The notes under the pieces were generated by a model. The model saw only the letters and a list, made by a program, of their open reading frames with translations. It was not told the DNA's origin and did no database searches. Below are positions 22,527-30,024 of a DNA stretch of 32,000 nt, in pieces. The stretch lies in NCBI RefSeq assembly GCF_000015225.1, contig NC_008698.1:1170001-1202000 (forward strand), given 5' to 3'. How positions within the stretch are numbered: the first letter of the stretch is position 1; each line of letters starts with the position of its first letter. The position numbers and the translations under genes are program-made. This DNA is from Thermofilum pendens Hrk 5 (lineage in GTDB: Archaea; Thermoproteota; Thermoprotei; Thermofilales; Thermofilaceae).

Positions 22527-23377
22527 TTCCTCAGGCCGTAGGTAGAGTAGGGTATTGCTATCGACGCCGAGAGGGCTATGAGGAATATGCAGGCGGCTGC
22601 CGAGAGGTTGAAGACCATGTACGCGAACTTGTTGTAGAGGTACATTACCAGGGTGGAGGTGAACGGGTTTATGTAGAGGACGGAGTACGGCAGGTCGAAC
22701 ATCTGTAGCGCGAAGAGCGTGGAGAATACGACCCCGAGTATCAGCCCAAGCTTCGACGCGGGTATCACTATCTTAACCATAACGGTCAGCATGTCGGCAC
22801 CGTCTACGAGCGCAGCCTCTATAGCGCTCGCCGGGACGTTGTAGAACGCGGCGAGGTACATCAGCGCTACGAAGCCGGAGTACACCCAGAGGGATACCAG
22901 GACGAGGCTCCAGAAAGCGTTGTTCCCGCTGAGCCACTCTACCCTGGGAAAGCCCAGCGGCGCTAGGACGGCGTTAAAGCCCTTCACGGAGTCGAAGAGC
23001 CACCGCCATATCACCCCGCTCGCGACCAAGGGCACCGCCATTGGGTAGATGAAGTAGGATGTAAGCACGGATCTAAGCTTGCTGCTCCTCAGCTGGAAGA
23101 TAGAGCTGGCTATAACCAGGCCCAGCACGTTGCCGCCGAGGACCAGTAGCAAGGCCCAGGCCAGGGTTCTCACGAGAGCGTTCACGAAGTCCGGGTCCGA
23201 GAAGAGCTGGGCGTACGTGTTCAGCCCGACGAACTCTAGCACTGGGCGGTAGATCGAGTACGAGGTGAGCGATAGCCAGAAGTTCCAGCCCACCCCGTAG
23301 TAGATTACGGCGACGAATACCAGGAGGGGGCTGAGGAATACTAGGAGCTCGCGAGTTTTAATCAGCCTGAGAGGCAT
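22502..23377 (-). CDS. ABC sugar transporter permease (CUT1 family, MalF-like)
   Basis: EAA loop AIEAALVDGADMLTVMVKIVIPASK. The tracked start TTG 23404 adds MILFCGDPR. ATG 23377, preceded by GGTGAT, is the more likely start. Confidence 0.9.
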   Translation of the reverse strand: MPLRLIKTRELLVFLSPLLVFVAVIYYGVGWNFWLSLTSYSIYRPVLEFVGLNTYAQLFSDPDFVNALVRTLAWALLLVLGGNVLGLVIASSIFQLRSSKLRSVLTSYFIYPMAVPLVASGVIWRWLFDSVKGFNAVLAPLGFPRVEWLSGNNAFWSLVLVSLWVYSGFVALMYLAAFYNVPASAIEAALVDGADMLTVMVKIVIPASKLGLILGVVFSTLFALQMFDLPYSVLYINPFTSTLVMYLYNKFAYMVFNLSAAACIFLIALSASIAIPYSTYGLRKWILGVVR

Positions 23378-23428
23378 CCTAGGATCACCACAAAAGAGGA
23401 TCAAAAAATAAAAACATTTTTTGGTTTT

Positions 23429-24832
23429 CTACTTCTTTGCCCAGGGCGGGAGGTAGCCGGCGAACGGCTTCTCGGGGGTTCCCAGGAAGAGCCCGCTCTG
23501 CTCCCAGAGCTGTCTCTCGAGCTTAATCGCGTCGCTGACGGTCGAGTACCACATCGAGGTCTGCTTTGTCTGCGCTAGGAGCACTGCGCCGCTCAGAAGC
23601 TTGCTCCAGACGTCGGAGAACAGGGCACCGTGCGTGATGCTGAATACCTGCGACTTGGAAGCCGCGTACTGGCTTACCTCCCACTTCTGTATCGAGGTCG
23701 GGTATATGTCGGTCGGTAGGTCCGCGTAGCACGCTATCGAGCCTTTAAGCGGGTTGAATATCTTCTGACCGTCCCTCGAGGCGAAGAACTTGGCGAACTG
23801 GACTCCGAGGTCCTGGGCGGGACCCTTGGGCACGGCTACGGCGTCGATGACCATGTTGTAGATGCCCTGCGTGCCCGGGAACGGCGCCACTATGATGTTG
23901 CAGTCAGGGGTAATGGCGTCTATGGGGCACATCTTCACGTTCGGGTAGACGTTGTAGATAAGCCCGACAGCCCAGTCCCCGTCCACGTGGAAGGCTCCCA
24001 TGCCCTTTACCACCCTGTCTACCGCGGAGGTCCAGTCGAGGGCCATCCAGTCCGGCGGGAACGTGTCAACGTAGCCGAGGAATATCTGGGTGGCCTGGGT
24101 TATGCTGGGGTCGTTGGGGTCGAGGGTCCCGTACATGAACTTTATGAACTTATCGGGTCCCGCCACGGCGAGGAATATCTGCTCCCAGAGGTGTAGCACC
24201 GTGAACTGGTCCGCTCCTGCCTGCACGAGGCACGGTACTCCCGCCGCCTTGAGCTTGCTGCAAGCGGCGTTCAGCTCGTCGATCGTGGTCGGAGGCTTTA
24301 CGCCGTACTTGTCGAGTACCTGCTTGTTCATGAAGATCAGGTTAGCCCTGTGGAGGTTCACTGGGAGCGTGTAGAGGCGCCCGCTCAGCATGCACACCTG
24401 CCCGGGAGGAGTCGCCGTGAGGCCTATCTCCTGCCCGACGGAGGTCAGGTCGACGAAGTCGTCTTTTCCGTGTGGCGCCGCCATGAAGTAGCTAATCATC
24501 TCGGGCCCGCAGTGTACCTGGAAGGCCTCCGGGGGCTTCCCGGCCATTATCAGCGCTATGATGGCGTACTTAGCGTTTACCCCCGCGCCTCCGGGTACCG
24601 CCGTCTTTTCAACAGCAACCCCCGTATTCTTCGTGAAGTTGCCGATAAGCGCGTCTATGGCGAACCTCTCGAGCCCGGCCCACCACGTGTAGAACGTTAT
24701 CTTCGAGGGCTTAGTGGGGGCGGCTGGAGGCTTGTAGAGCAGGAACGCCGCGGCGACGAGGACCACTATGACTACCAGGATTCCGGCGATTAGAAGCGGC
24801 GAAACTTTCTTCTTGGTTGCCTGCTGGCTCAC
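23429..24832 (-). CDS. ABC sugar transporter substrate-binding protein (family 1), membrane-anchored
   Basis: N-terminal anchor SPLLIAGILVVIVVLVAAAFLLY followed by a Pro/Thr linker, then ITFYTWWAGLERFAIDALIGNF, typical of SBP_bac_1. GTG start at 24832, with TATA (revcomp of CTTATATAAATT, 24853-24864) about 26 nt upstream. Confidence 0.9.
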   Translation of the reverse strand: MSQQATKKKVSPLLIAGILVVIVVLVAAAFLLYKPPAAPTKPSKITFYTWWAGLERFAIDALIGNFTKNTGVAVEKTAVPGGAGVNAKYAIIALIMAGKPPEAFQVHCGPEMISYFMAAPHGKDDFVDLTSVGQEIGLTATPPGQVCMLSGRLYTLPVNLHRANLIFMNKQVLDKYGVKPPTTIDELNAACSKLKAAGVPCLVQAGADQFTVLHLWEQIFLAVAGPDKFIKFMYGTLDPNDPSITQATQIFLGYVDTFPPDWMALDWTSAVDRVVKGMGAFHVDGDWAVGLIYNVYPNVKMCPIDAITPDCNIIVAPFPGTQGIYNMVIDAVAVPKGPAQDLGVQFAKFFASRDGQKIFNPLKGSIACYADLPTDIYPTSIQKWEVSQYAASKSQVFSITHGALFSDVWSKLLSGAVLLAQTKQTSMWYSTVSDAIKLERQLWEQSGLFLGTPEKPFAGYLPPWAKK

Positions 24833-24935
24833 GTGTTGTAATAACTGAACAGCTTATATAAATTCTTTACGCAAAACAGACATTTTATAATCATTCAATG
24901 AGGACAGGTTATGTTTTATATATCGTGCCACGTGT

Positions 24936-25640
24936 ATGTGGGTTGTGCGGTCGGAGCCTGGAGTTGTGGATAGGGAGGCTTACTGCCTCCGCAACGGCAG
25001 GCTGGAGAGGTGTGTCGACAGGGTGGTCGTGGAGAGGGCTTACGCGGTGTACGTGAACGGGTCAAGGCTCGTGTCGCTTTCCTGCTCGCCGGGCATGGAG
25101 GAGGAGCTGGCGCTGGGCTTCCTCGCTGGGCTCGGCTTCTCGCCGTCCCGGGGCTACTCCGTCTCAGTGGAGGGCGGGAGGGTGGAGGTTCGCGGCGAGC
25201 TGGAGAGGGCTCCGTGGAGGAGGGGGTGGGGGAAGTTTCCCGCCGAGGTTGTGGTGAGGGCTGTGGAGAGGCTCGCGGAGCTTGGAGAGGGCTTCAGGGC
25301 TACAGGCGCCCTTCACGGGGCGCTCTGCTTCACGCCCGGGGGAGAGGTTGTGGGCTTCGTCGAGGATGTGAGTAGGCACTGCGCGGTCGACAAGTGCTTA
25401 GGGCTCGCCGTTAAGAGGGGGCTGGACCTCGGCTCGCTGGGCTTCGCGGTTACGTGTAGGCTTACGGGTAGCGTGGTGGAGAAGTTCGTCTCAGCGTCCG
25501 TGCCCCTCGTAGCCTCTAAGGCGGCGGTCACCCTCCAGGGGGTGCTGGCGGCGGAGAGGGGCGGGGTAACGCTAGTGGGCTTCGCGAGGGGTGGCAGGTT
25601 CAACGTCTACACCTACCCTAAGAGAATAGCGCTAAGTTAA
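24936..25640 (+). CDS. fdhD: FdhD/NarQ-family protein (sulfurtransferase-like), short form
   Basis: AYAVYVNGSRLVSLSCSPGMEEELALGFLAGLGF, TGALHGALCF, EDVSRHCAVDKCLGLAV, VTCRLTGSVVEKFVSASVPLVASKAAVT and GVTLVGFARGGRFNVY are collinear with FdhD. GTG 24945 is an alternative leaderless start. Confidence 0.75.
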   Translation: MWVVRSEPGVVDREAYCLRNGRLERCVDRVVVERAYAVYVNGSRLVSLSCSPGMEEELALGFLAGLGFSPSRGYSVSVEGGRVEVRGELERAPWRRGWGKFPAEVVVRAVERLAELGEGFRATGALHGALCFTPGGEVVGFVEDVSRHCAVDKCLGLAVKRGLDLGSLGFAVTCRLTGSVVEKFVSASVPLVASKAAVTLQGVLAAERGGVTLVGFARGGRFNVYTYPKRIALS

Positions 25641-25664
25641 TAGGGCACCCCTCCCTCGTAGGGC

Positions 25665-26675
25665 GTGTCTTCGATAAGGTTCGGCGAGGTAGTCTCGGGG
25701 AGGCTTTCGGACCACTTCTACTGCTGGGTTAGGAAGCCCCTCGACAAGGGCGAGGTCTTCGCCCCCGACGACCCCTCGAAGTACTGGGTCTACTCCCTCG
25801 AGGAAGAGGAGTACACGCGCTTCAAGAACAGCTTCATAAAGCGGCCGAAGGGCGTCTTGACGCTGTCCCTGAGGAGCAGGAAGACGTTCAGGTACGGCTT
25901 CTTCCAGCTCGCCGCGGCCCTACCCTCGTGGGGCAGGGGGTCCCCGATGCTGTGGTTTGGCTTCGAGAACGAGGACCTCTTCGGCGGCGGTGTCGCGCAC
26001 TTCCTCTTCTCGGAGGACGAGCTCTATGCCTTTGCCGGCGCATGGGGGTCTAGCGTGCTTCAGCTGAGGCTACCCGTCGACGTGGGGGAGCTGAAGAGGG
26101 GTAGCCACGTTTTCACGGTGAGGGTCTACGAGGGCCTAGCTGTGTGGAGCGTGGATTCCGAGGTGAAGGGGGTAGCGGTGCTCGCCGACACCGGCCAGCC
26201 CGTCGTCGCCTACGAGGGGGCGCCCTACTCGGCCGGGGTGACTGGGAGGAGCCCCCCGCCGAGCATGGGCGTGCTCATCGACATCGACGGGGGCCCCGGC
26301 GACGAGGACTGGGTGTGGTGGAACGTGAACCCCTGGCACTTGAGGGTCGCCGAGGGAGGGCCGAGGCCTTTCATGGCGCTCAGGCTCTACGAGTGGGGCA
26401 CCGGGAGGCAGTGGGAGGGCTTCAGGGCCTCCGGGAGGCTCGTGTCGCAACCGGTCCCCACGCTCGGGCGGAGCGTAACCCTGACCCTCGCCCCGGCGAA
26501 CGGGATGCTGAGAGTGGAGGCTCTCACGCTTTCGAACAGGTGGGTCACAGTCTACGAGCGGAGGGTGCAGGGGGTTGCCAGGGTGTACCTCGACGGGGGC
26601 GACTTGTTCTCGAGGTTTGTCTACGAGCCCGAAGGAGAGCAGGCGATAAGCGTCGCGGAAGTCACGGTAACGTAG
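25665..26675 (+). CDS. Hypothetical protein, possibly beta-jelly-roll (ConA-like)
   Basis: A 336-aa ORF from GTG, 24 nt after the fdhD-like stop. FRYGFFQLAAALPSWGRGSPMLWFGFENED and SHVFTVRVYEGLAVWSVDSEV loosely resemble the strands noted in ORF 4248..4988. No signal peptide. Confidence 0.55.
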   Translation: MSSIRFGEVVSGRLSDHFYCWVRKPLDKGEVFAPDDPSKYWVYSLEEEEYTRFKNSFIKRPKGVLTLSLRSRKTFRYGFFQLAAALPSWGRGSPMLWFGFENEDLFGGGVAHFLFSEDELYAFAGAWGSSVLQLRLPVDVGELKRGSHVFTVRVYEGLAVWSVDSEVKGVAVLADTGQPVVAYEGAPYSAGVTGRSPPPSMGVLIDIDGGPGDEDWVWWNVNPWHLRVAEGGPRPFMALRLYEWGTGRQWEGFRASGRLVSQPVPTLGRSVTLTLAPANGMLRVEALTLSNRWVTVYERRVQGVARVYLDGGDLFSRFVYEPEGEQAISVAEVTVT

Positions 26676-26723
26676 ACAACCTCGCGCGAAGTTTTTTATA
26701 CTCTGGCGGGGGCAGTTGGAGTT

Positions 26724-27548
26724 GTGAAGAGCGGTGTAACCGCGTTCGCGCTACTCGCCCTGCTCGCGGCGACCCAGCTCGCGCTCGCCCAGCCCCTGGA
26801 GGTTCTCTACGTACTGCCGGGCGGCCTGGTACAGGGCTACGTCGTCTTCACGGTTCCGGGGACGGGCTTCGCCGAGTTCAAGCTTCCCGGCTCGGTCGAA
26901 TCCCTCGGGGTCACGGGTACGGGCTCCTCGCCCCCCGTCTTCAACCTCAGCGGCGGCGTTCTCTCGGTGCTCGCAGACCCGGGCTCCACTGTCAACGCGT
27001 CCTTCGTGTCCAGGCTTCCGCGCGACTCCGTCACCACGCTGAGCGTGCCGGCCGAGAACCAGTCCCTCAAGGTCTACGTGAGTAGCGAGTACGTCGTGCT
27101 AGGCGTATCCCCCACGCCGACAACCATAGCCTACACGCAGGGCTACGTGCTCCTAGGCTTCGACGTGCTCGCGGAGGACCTCCAGGTTGTACTCGTCGAG
27201 ACGGGTTCCGCGCAGGCTGGGCAGGGAGCCCCCGCCGCGCAGCAAGGCGGTGCCCCTCAGTTGCAGCAGCTCCTGCCCTACGCCGTGCTCGTAGCGGTTG
27301 CCGTCGCCGCGGTGTTGCTGGCGCTGAGGCTGAAGAGGAGGGGGGAGGGGGGCGTGGTGCTAGAGGAGGACGAGGCGATACTGGACTTCCTGAGGCGTAG
27401 CGGGGGGAGGGCTTACCTCAAGGAGATCAGGGAAGCCCTGGGAATCCCCTCGACTACGCTCCTGAGGAGGGTTAGGAGGCTCGAGAAGGCAGGCTACCTC
27501 AGGCTCGAGAAGACCCCCGGAGGGCTCCTAGTGATACTCAAGAAATAA
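26724..27548 (+). CDS. Membrane-anchored winged-helix regulator with secreted N-terminal domain
   Basis: Signal peptide MKSGVTAFALLALLAATQLALA/QP, a ~150-aa beta-rich ectodomain, a Q/A/G linker, TM LLPYAVLVAVAVAAVLLAL followed by RLKRR, then the cytoplasmic wHTH ILDFLRRSGGRAYLKEIREALGIPSTTLLRRVRRLEKAGYLRLEK. Confidence 0.7.
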   Translation: MKSGVTAFALLALLAATQLALAQPLEVLYVLPGGLVQGYVVFTVPGTGFAEFKLPGSVESLGVTGTGSSPPVFNLSGGVLSVLADPGSTVNASFVSRLPRDSVTTLSVPAENQSLKVYVSSEYVVLGVSPTPTTIAYTQGYVLLGFDVLAEDLQVVLVETGSAQAGQGAPAAQQGGAPQLQQLLPYAVLVAVAVAAVLLALRLKRRGEGGVVLEEDEAILDFLRRSGGRAYLKEIREALGIPSTTLLRRVRRLEKAGYLRLEKTPGGLLVILKK

Positions 27549-27553
27549 ATACC

Positions 27554-27871
27554 TTGGCCGGCTATTCTATCTGGGTGACCGCGGTGGGGGAGGAGGTGCT
27601 CCTCGTAGGCGAGAAGCCGGAGAGCGCCTACACGCTTGAACTCATGACCATGCTGGGCAAGGGCGCGCCCCGCGTCGTAGTGAGGGCCGTCGGGAGGAAC
27701 ATCTCTAAGGCTGTCTACGTCACGGAGGGCGTCCGGCGCCTAACGGGGGACAAGATAGCCTACGGGAAGATCAGGATATACTCGACGGAGGTCGGCGAGG
27801 TAAAGGAGGAAAAGTCCGTCCCGGTGATAGAGATAGAGGTAGTAAACCTGGGGGTGGAGCGCCGGGCGTAG
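27554..27871 (+). CDS. albA: Alba-family DNA/RNA-binding protein (divergent, Alba2-like)
   Basis: VLLVGEKPESAYTLELMTML..GAPRVVVRAVGRNISKAVYVTEGVRR ... VPVIEIEV is collinear with Sso10b/Alba (IGKKPVMNYV ... KARGRAISKAVD ... STIEI). The tracked TTG start lies 5 nt after the upstream stop; internal GTG starts are possible. Confidence 0.8.
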   Translation: MAGYSIWVTAVGEEVLLVGEKPESAYTLELMTMLGKGAPRVVVRAVGRNISKAVYVTEGVRRLTGDKIAYGKIRIYSTEVGEVKEEKSVPVIEIEVVNLGVERRA

Positions 27872-27883
27872 CTAGAGGAGGTT

Positions 27884-27902
27884 TGCGGAATACAATTCCG
27901 CA
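27884..27902. promoter_or_regulatory. Perfect palindrome TGCGGAAT-ACA-ATTCCGCA abutting the TATA box of the AAA+ ATPase gene
   Basis: 8-bp arms with a 3-nt spacer. CTTTATAAG (27905-27913) follows immediately and lies about 27 nt upstream of ATG 27936. Confidence 0.4.
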
Positions 27903-27935
27903 TACTTTATAAGGGTGTGTGGAGCAGTAATCCAC

Positions 27936-29168
27936 ATGGGCTTCTTGAGGGAGCTCACAGAGGAGTACCTGGGGTCGCTCAAGTACGTTGCGCGCATCGT
28001 CCCCAGGGAGGTCGAGCTTCCGCGCGAGTCCCCGGACATAGTGGCCGTGGTGGGGCCGAGGAGGTCCGGGAAGACGTTCGTCATGCTGAGGAGCGTCGAG
28101 AGAGACCTGGCGGAGGGGCTCCAGGCTCTCTACGTGCCGCTGGACGAGCCGTCCCTGCGGAGGCTCGACGCGAGGAGGTTCGCCGAGATGGTGAGGGAGG
28201 AGTACAGGGAGGGCAGGGTCCGGCTCTACATGGACGAGGTCCAGGACTGGGAGGACTGGGACTCGAAGCTACGCTGGCTCCACGACGTGAAGGACTTCCA
28301 GCTGTACGTTACAGGGTCCTCCTCCGCCCTCCAGTCCTCGGAGATACCGAGCAGGCTCAGGGGGAGGTACGTCTCGAGGCTCGTCCTCCCCTTCTCGTTC
28401 AGGGAGGTCGCGCGGGCAGAGCTAGGCGCGGAGCCCTCGACCTTCAGGGAGAGGGGCGCCTTGAAGGGCTTGCTCAGGGAGTACCTGGCCTGGGGAGGCT
28501 TCCCGGAGGTGTGGCTGTACAGGTCGAGGGAGAAGGCCGTCGCGCTACTCGAGACGATGTTCTACAGGGACATCGTGGAGAGGCACAGGGTTAGGGAGCC
28601 GGAGGCGCTCCTGGAGCTCGCGTACGTGGTCCTCTCGAGTTACGCGAGCCCCGTCACGTGGCGCTCCCTGGCGAGGAGCCTGAAGGGGCTGGGGGTCGAG
28701 GTGGACGCTAAGACCGCGGCTAGCTACGTCGAGTACATGCGCCAAGCCTTCCTGGTCTTCGTCGTGAAGCGCTTCGCGTACTCGGAGAGGCTGAGGGCCA
28801 GGTCCCCGAGGAAGGTCTACGTCGTGGACCCGGCGGTGGCGAGCCTCTTCGAGAGGCCACTCGACCTCGGCAGGAGGGCCGAGAACGTCGTCCTCGTCGA
28901 GCTCGTGAGGAGGGGTTGCGAGCCGGGCTACTACGTCACGTCGAGGGGCAGAGAGGTGGACTTCGCTGCTAAGTGCGGGGGCTCGCTGAGGCTCGTCGAG
29001 GTGTGCCTAGAGGTCGAGGAGGGGCACGTGAGGAAAGTCGCCGAGGCCATGCGGGAGCTGAGGCTCAGGGAGGCAGAGCTCGTATCGTGGGACGACGAGG
29101 ACGAAAGGGAGGTTGAGGGCGGGAGGGTGAGGGTAGTGCCGCTCTGGAAGTGGCTACTCGGAGCGTAG
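27936..29168 (+). CDS. AAA+ ATPase of the COG1373 type (AAA_14 plus DUF4143-like C-terminal domain)
   Basis: Walker A GPRRSGKTF and Walker B VRLYMDEVQ, followed by LYVTGSSS. The C-terminal YYVTSRGREVDFAAK...LVEV resembles the E-x-D-F nuclease-fold motif of this family. ATG 27936 is preferred over tracked GTG 27915 because of TATA spacing. Confidence 0.85.
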   Translation: MGFLRELTEEYLGSLKYVARIVPREVELPRESPDIVAVVGPRRSGKTFVMLRSVERDLAEGLQALYVPLDEPSLRRLDARRFAEMVREEYREGRVRLYMDEVQDWEDWDSKLRWLHDVKDFQLYVTGSSSALQSSEIPSRLRGRYVSRLVLPFSFREVARAELGAEPSTFRERGALKGLLREYLAWGGFPEVWLYRSREKAVALLETMFYRDIVERHRVREPEALLELAYVVLSSYASPVTWRSLARSLKGLGVEVDAKTAASYVEYMRQAFLVFVVKRFAYSERLRARSPRKVYVVDPAVASLFERPLDLGRRAENVVLVELVRRGCEPGYYVTSRGREVDFAAKCGGSLRLVEVCLEVEEGHVRKVAEAMRELRLREAELVSWDDEDEREVEGGRVRVVPLWKWLLGA

Positions 29169-29222
29169 CCCTCCTGAAAAGCCTCGGTAAAGAATATAGG
29201 GCGCGTTGCGGCAAGAAGAGTC

Positions 29223-30020
29223 GTGCGCAACCCGTCAGGACACCGGGAAGCTCACGTAGTGACCGTTGGGACCAGCATCCTCAGGAACGCCGCCTCCAGG
29301 GCCTCCGGGGACCTCGCGGGGAGGCTTAGGTCCTGGGCTTCCGCGCGCGTAGGGTCGCGGGAGGACGCCGAGGCGGGCGAGAGGGCCGCGCCGGGGACTC
29401 CGGAGTTCAAGTTTCTCTACGACGTGCTCGCGCTCGACCCGCGCGGCGTGAGCGCAGAGCTGAACGCGATGTGGCCGTACCTGGAGGCTGGGCGCGTGGC
29501 CGCCGCGTACCTACTCGCGAGCGACTCCGGGGCGTCGACGCTGTGCGCCAGCGTCCTGAAGGAGTACCTGGGGGAGCACGGGGTGGAGGTGGAGGTCGAG
29601 CGCGTAGCAGACCTGGGGAGGGACTTCGACAAGGGTCTCTACAACCTGCTAGACGCGCTGTCTAGGGCTGTCGAGGGCTACAGGAGGAGGGGCTACGCCG
29701 TCTACGTCAACGCTACCGGGGGCTTCAAGCCCGAGACCGCGGTGGTCTACGCGGCGGCGTCGCTCTTCGGGGCTTCGAGGGTCTACTACATACACGAGAC
29801 GATGGGCGAGGTCGTAGAGCTCCCAACGCTACCCCTAGCGCTGAGCCCGGGCTACGAGGACTTCGCGAGGCTACTCGAGGAGCCCCTGGCGAGGAGGGAG
29901 CTGGAGGCGAAGGTGAGGCCCGAGGCTATCAAGGACGCCCTAGCCAGGGGCATACTGGTCGAGGAGGGGTCCCAGCTGAGGGTCAGGAGGTGGGTCAGGC
30001 TACTGCTGGGCGCGAGGTGA
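29223..30020 (+). CDS. CARF-domain protein (APE2256-like) with C-terminal helical/wHTH-like region
   Basis: Strand-1 motif VVTVGTSILRNA (nt 29259-29294). NATGGFK (nt 29709-29729) matches the CARF signature [DN]-x-[ST]-x3-[RK]. The C-terminus reads AIKDALARGILVEEGSQLRVRRWVRLL. TATA-like AAAGAATATA lies about 29 nt upstream of GTG 29223. Confidence 0.8.
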   Translation: MRNPSGHREAHVVTVGTSILRNAASRASGDLAGRLRSWASARVGSREDAEAGERAAPGTPEFKFLYDVLALDPRGVSAELNAMWPYLEAGRVAAAYLLASDSGASTLCASVLKEYLGEHGVEVEVERVADLGRDFDKGLYNLLDALSRAVEGYRRRGYAVYVNATGGFKPETAVVYAAASLFGASRVYYIHETMGEVVELPTLPLALSPGYEDFARLLEEPLARRELEAKVRPEAIKDALARGILVEEGSQLRVRRWVRLLLGAR

Positions 30021-30024
30021 GCGC

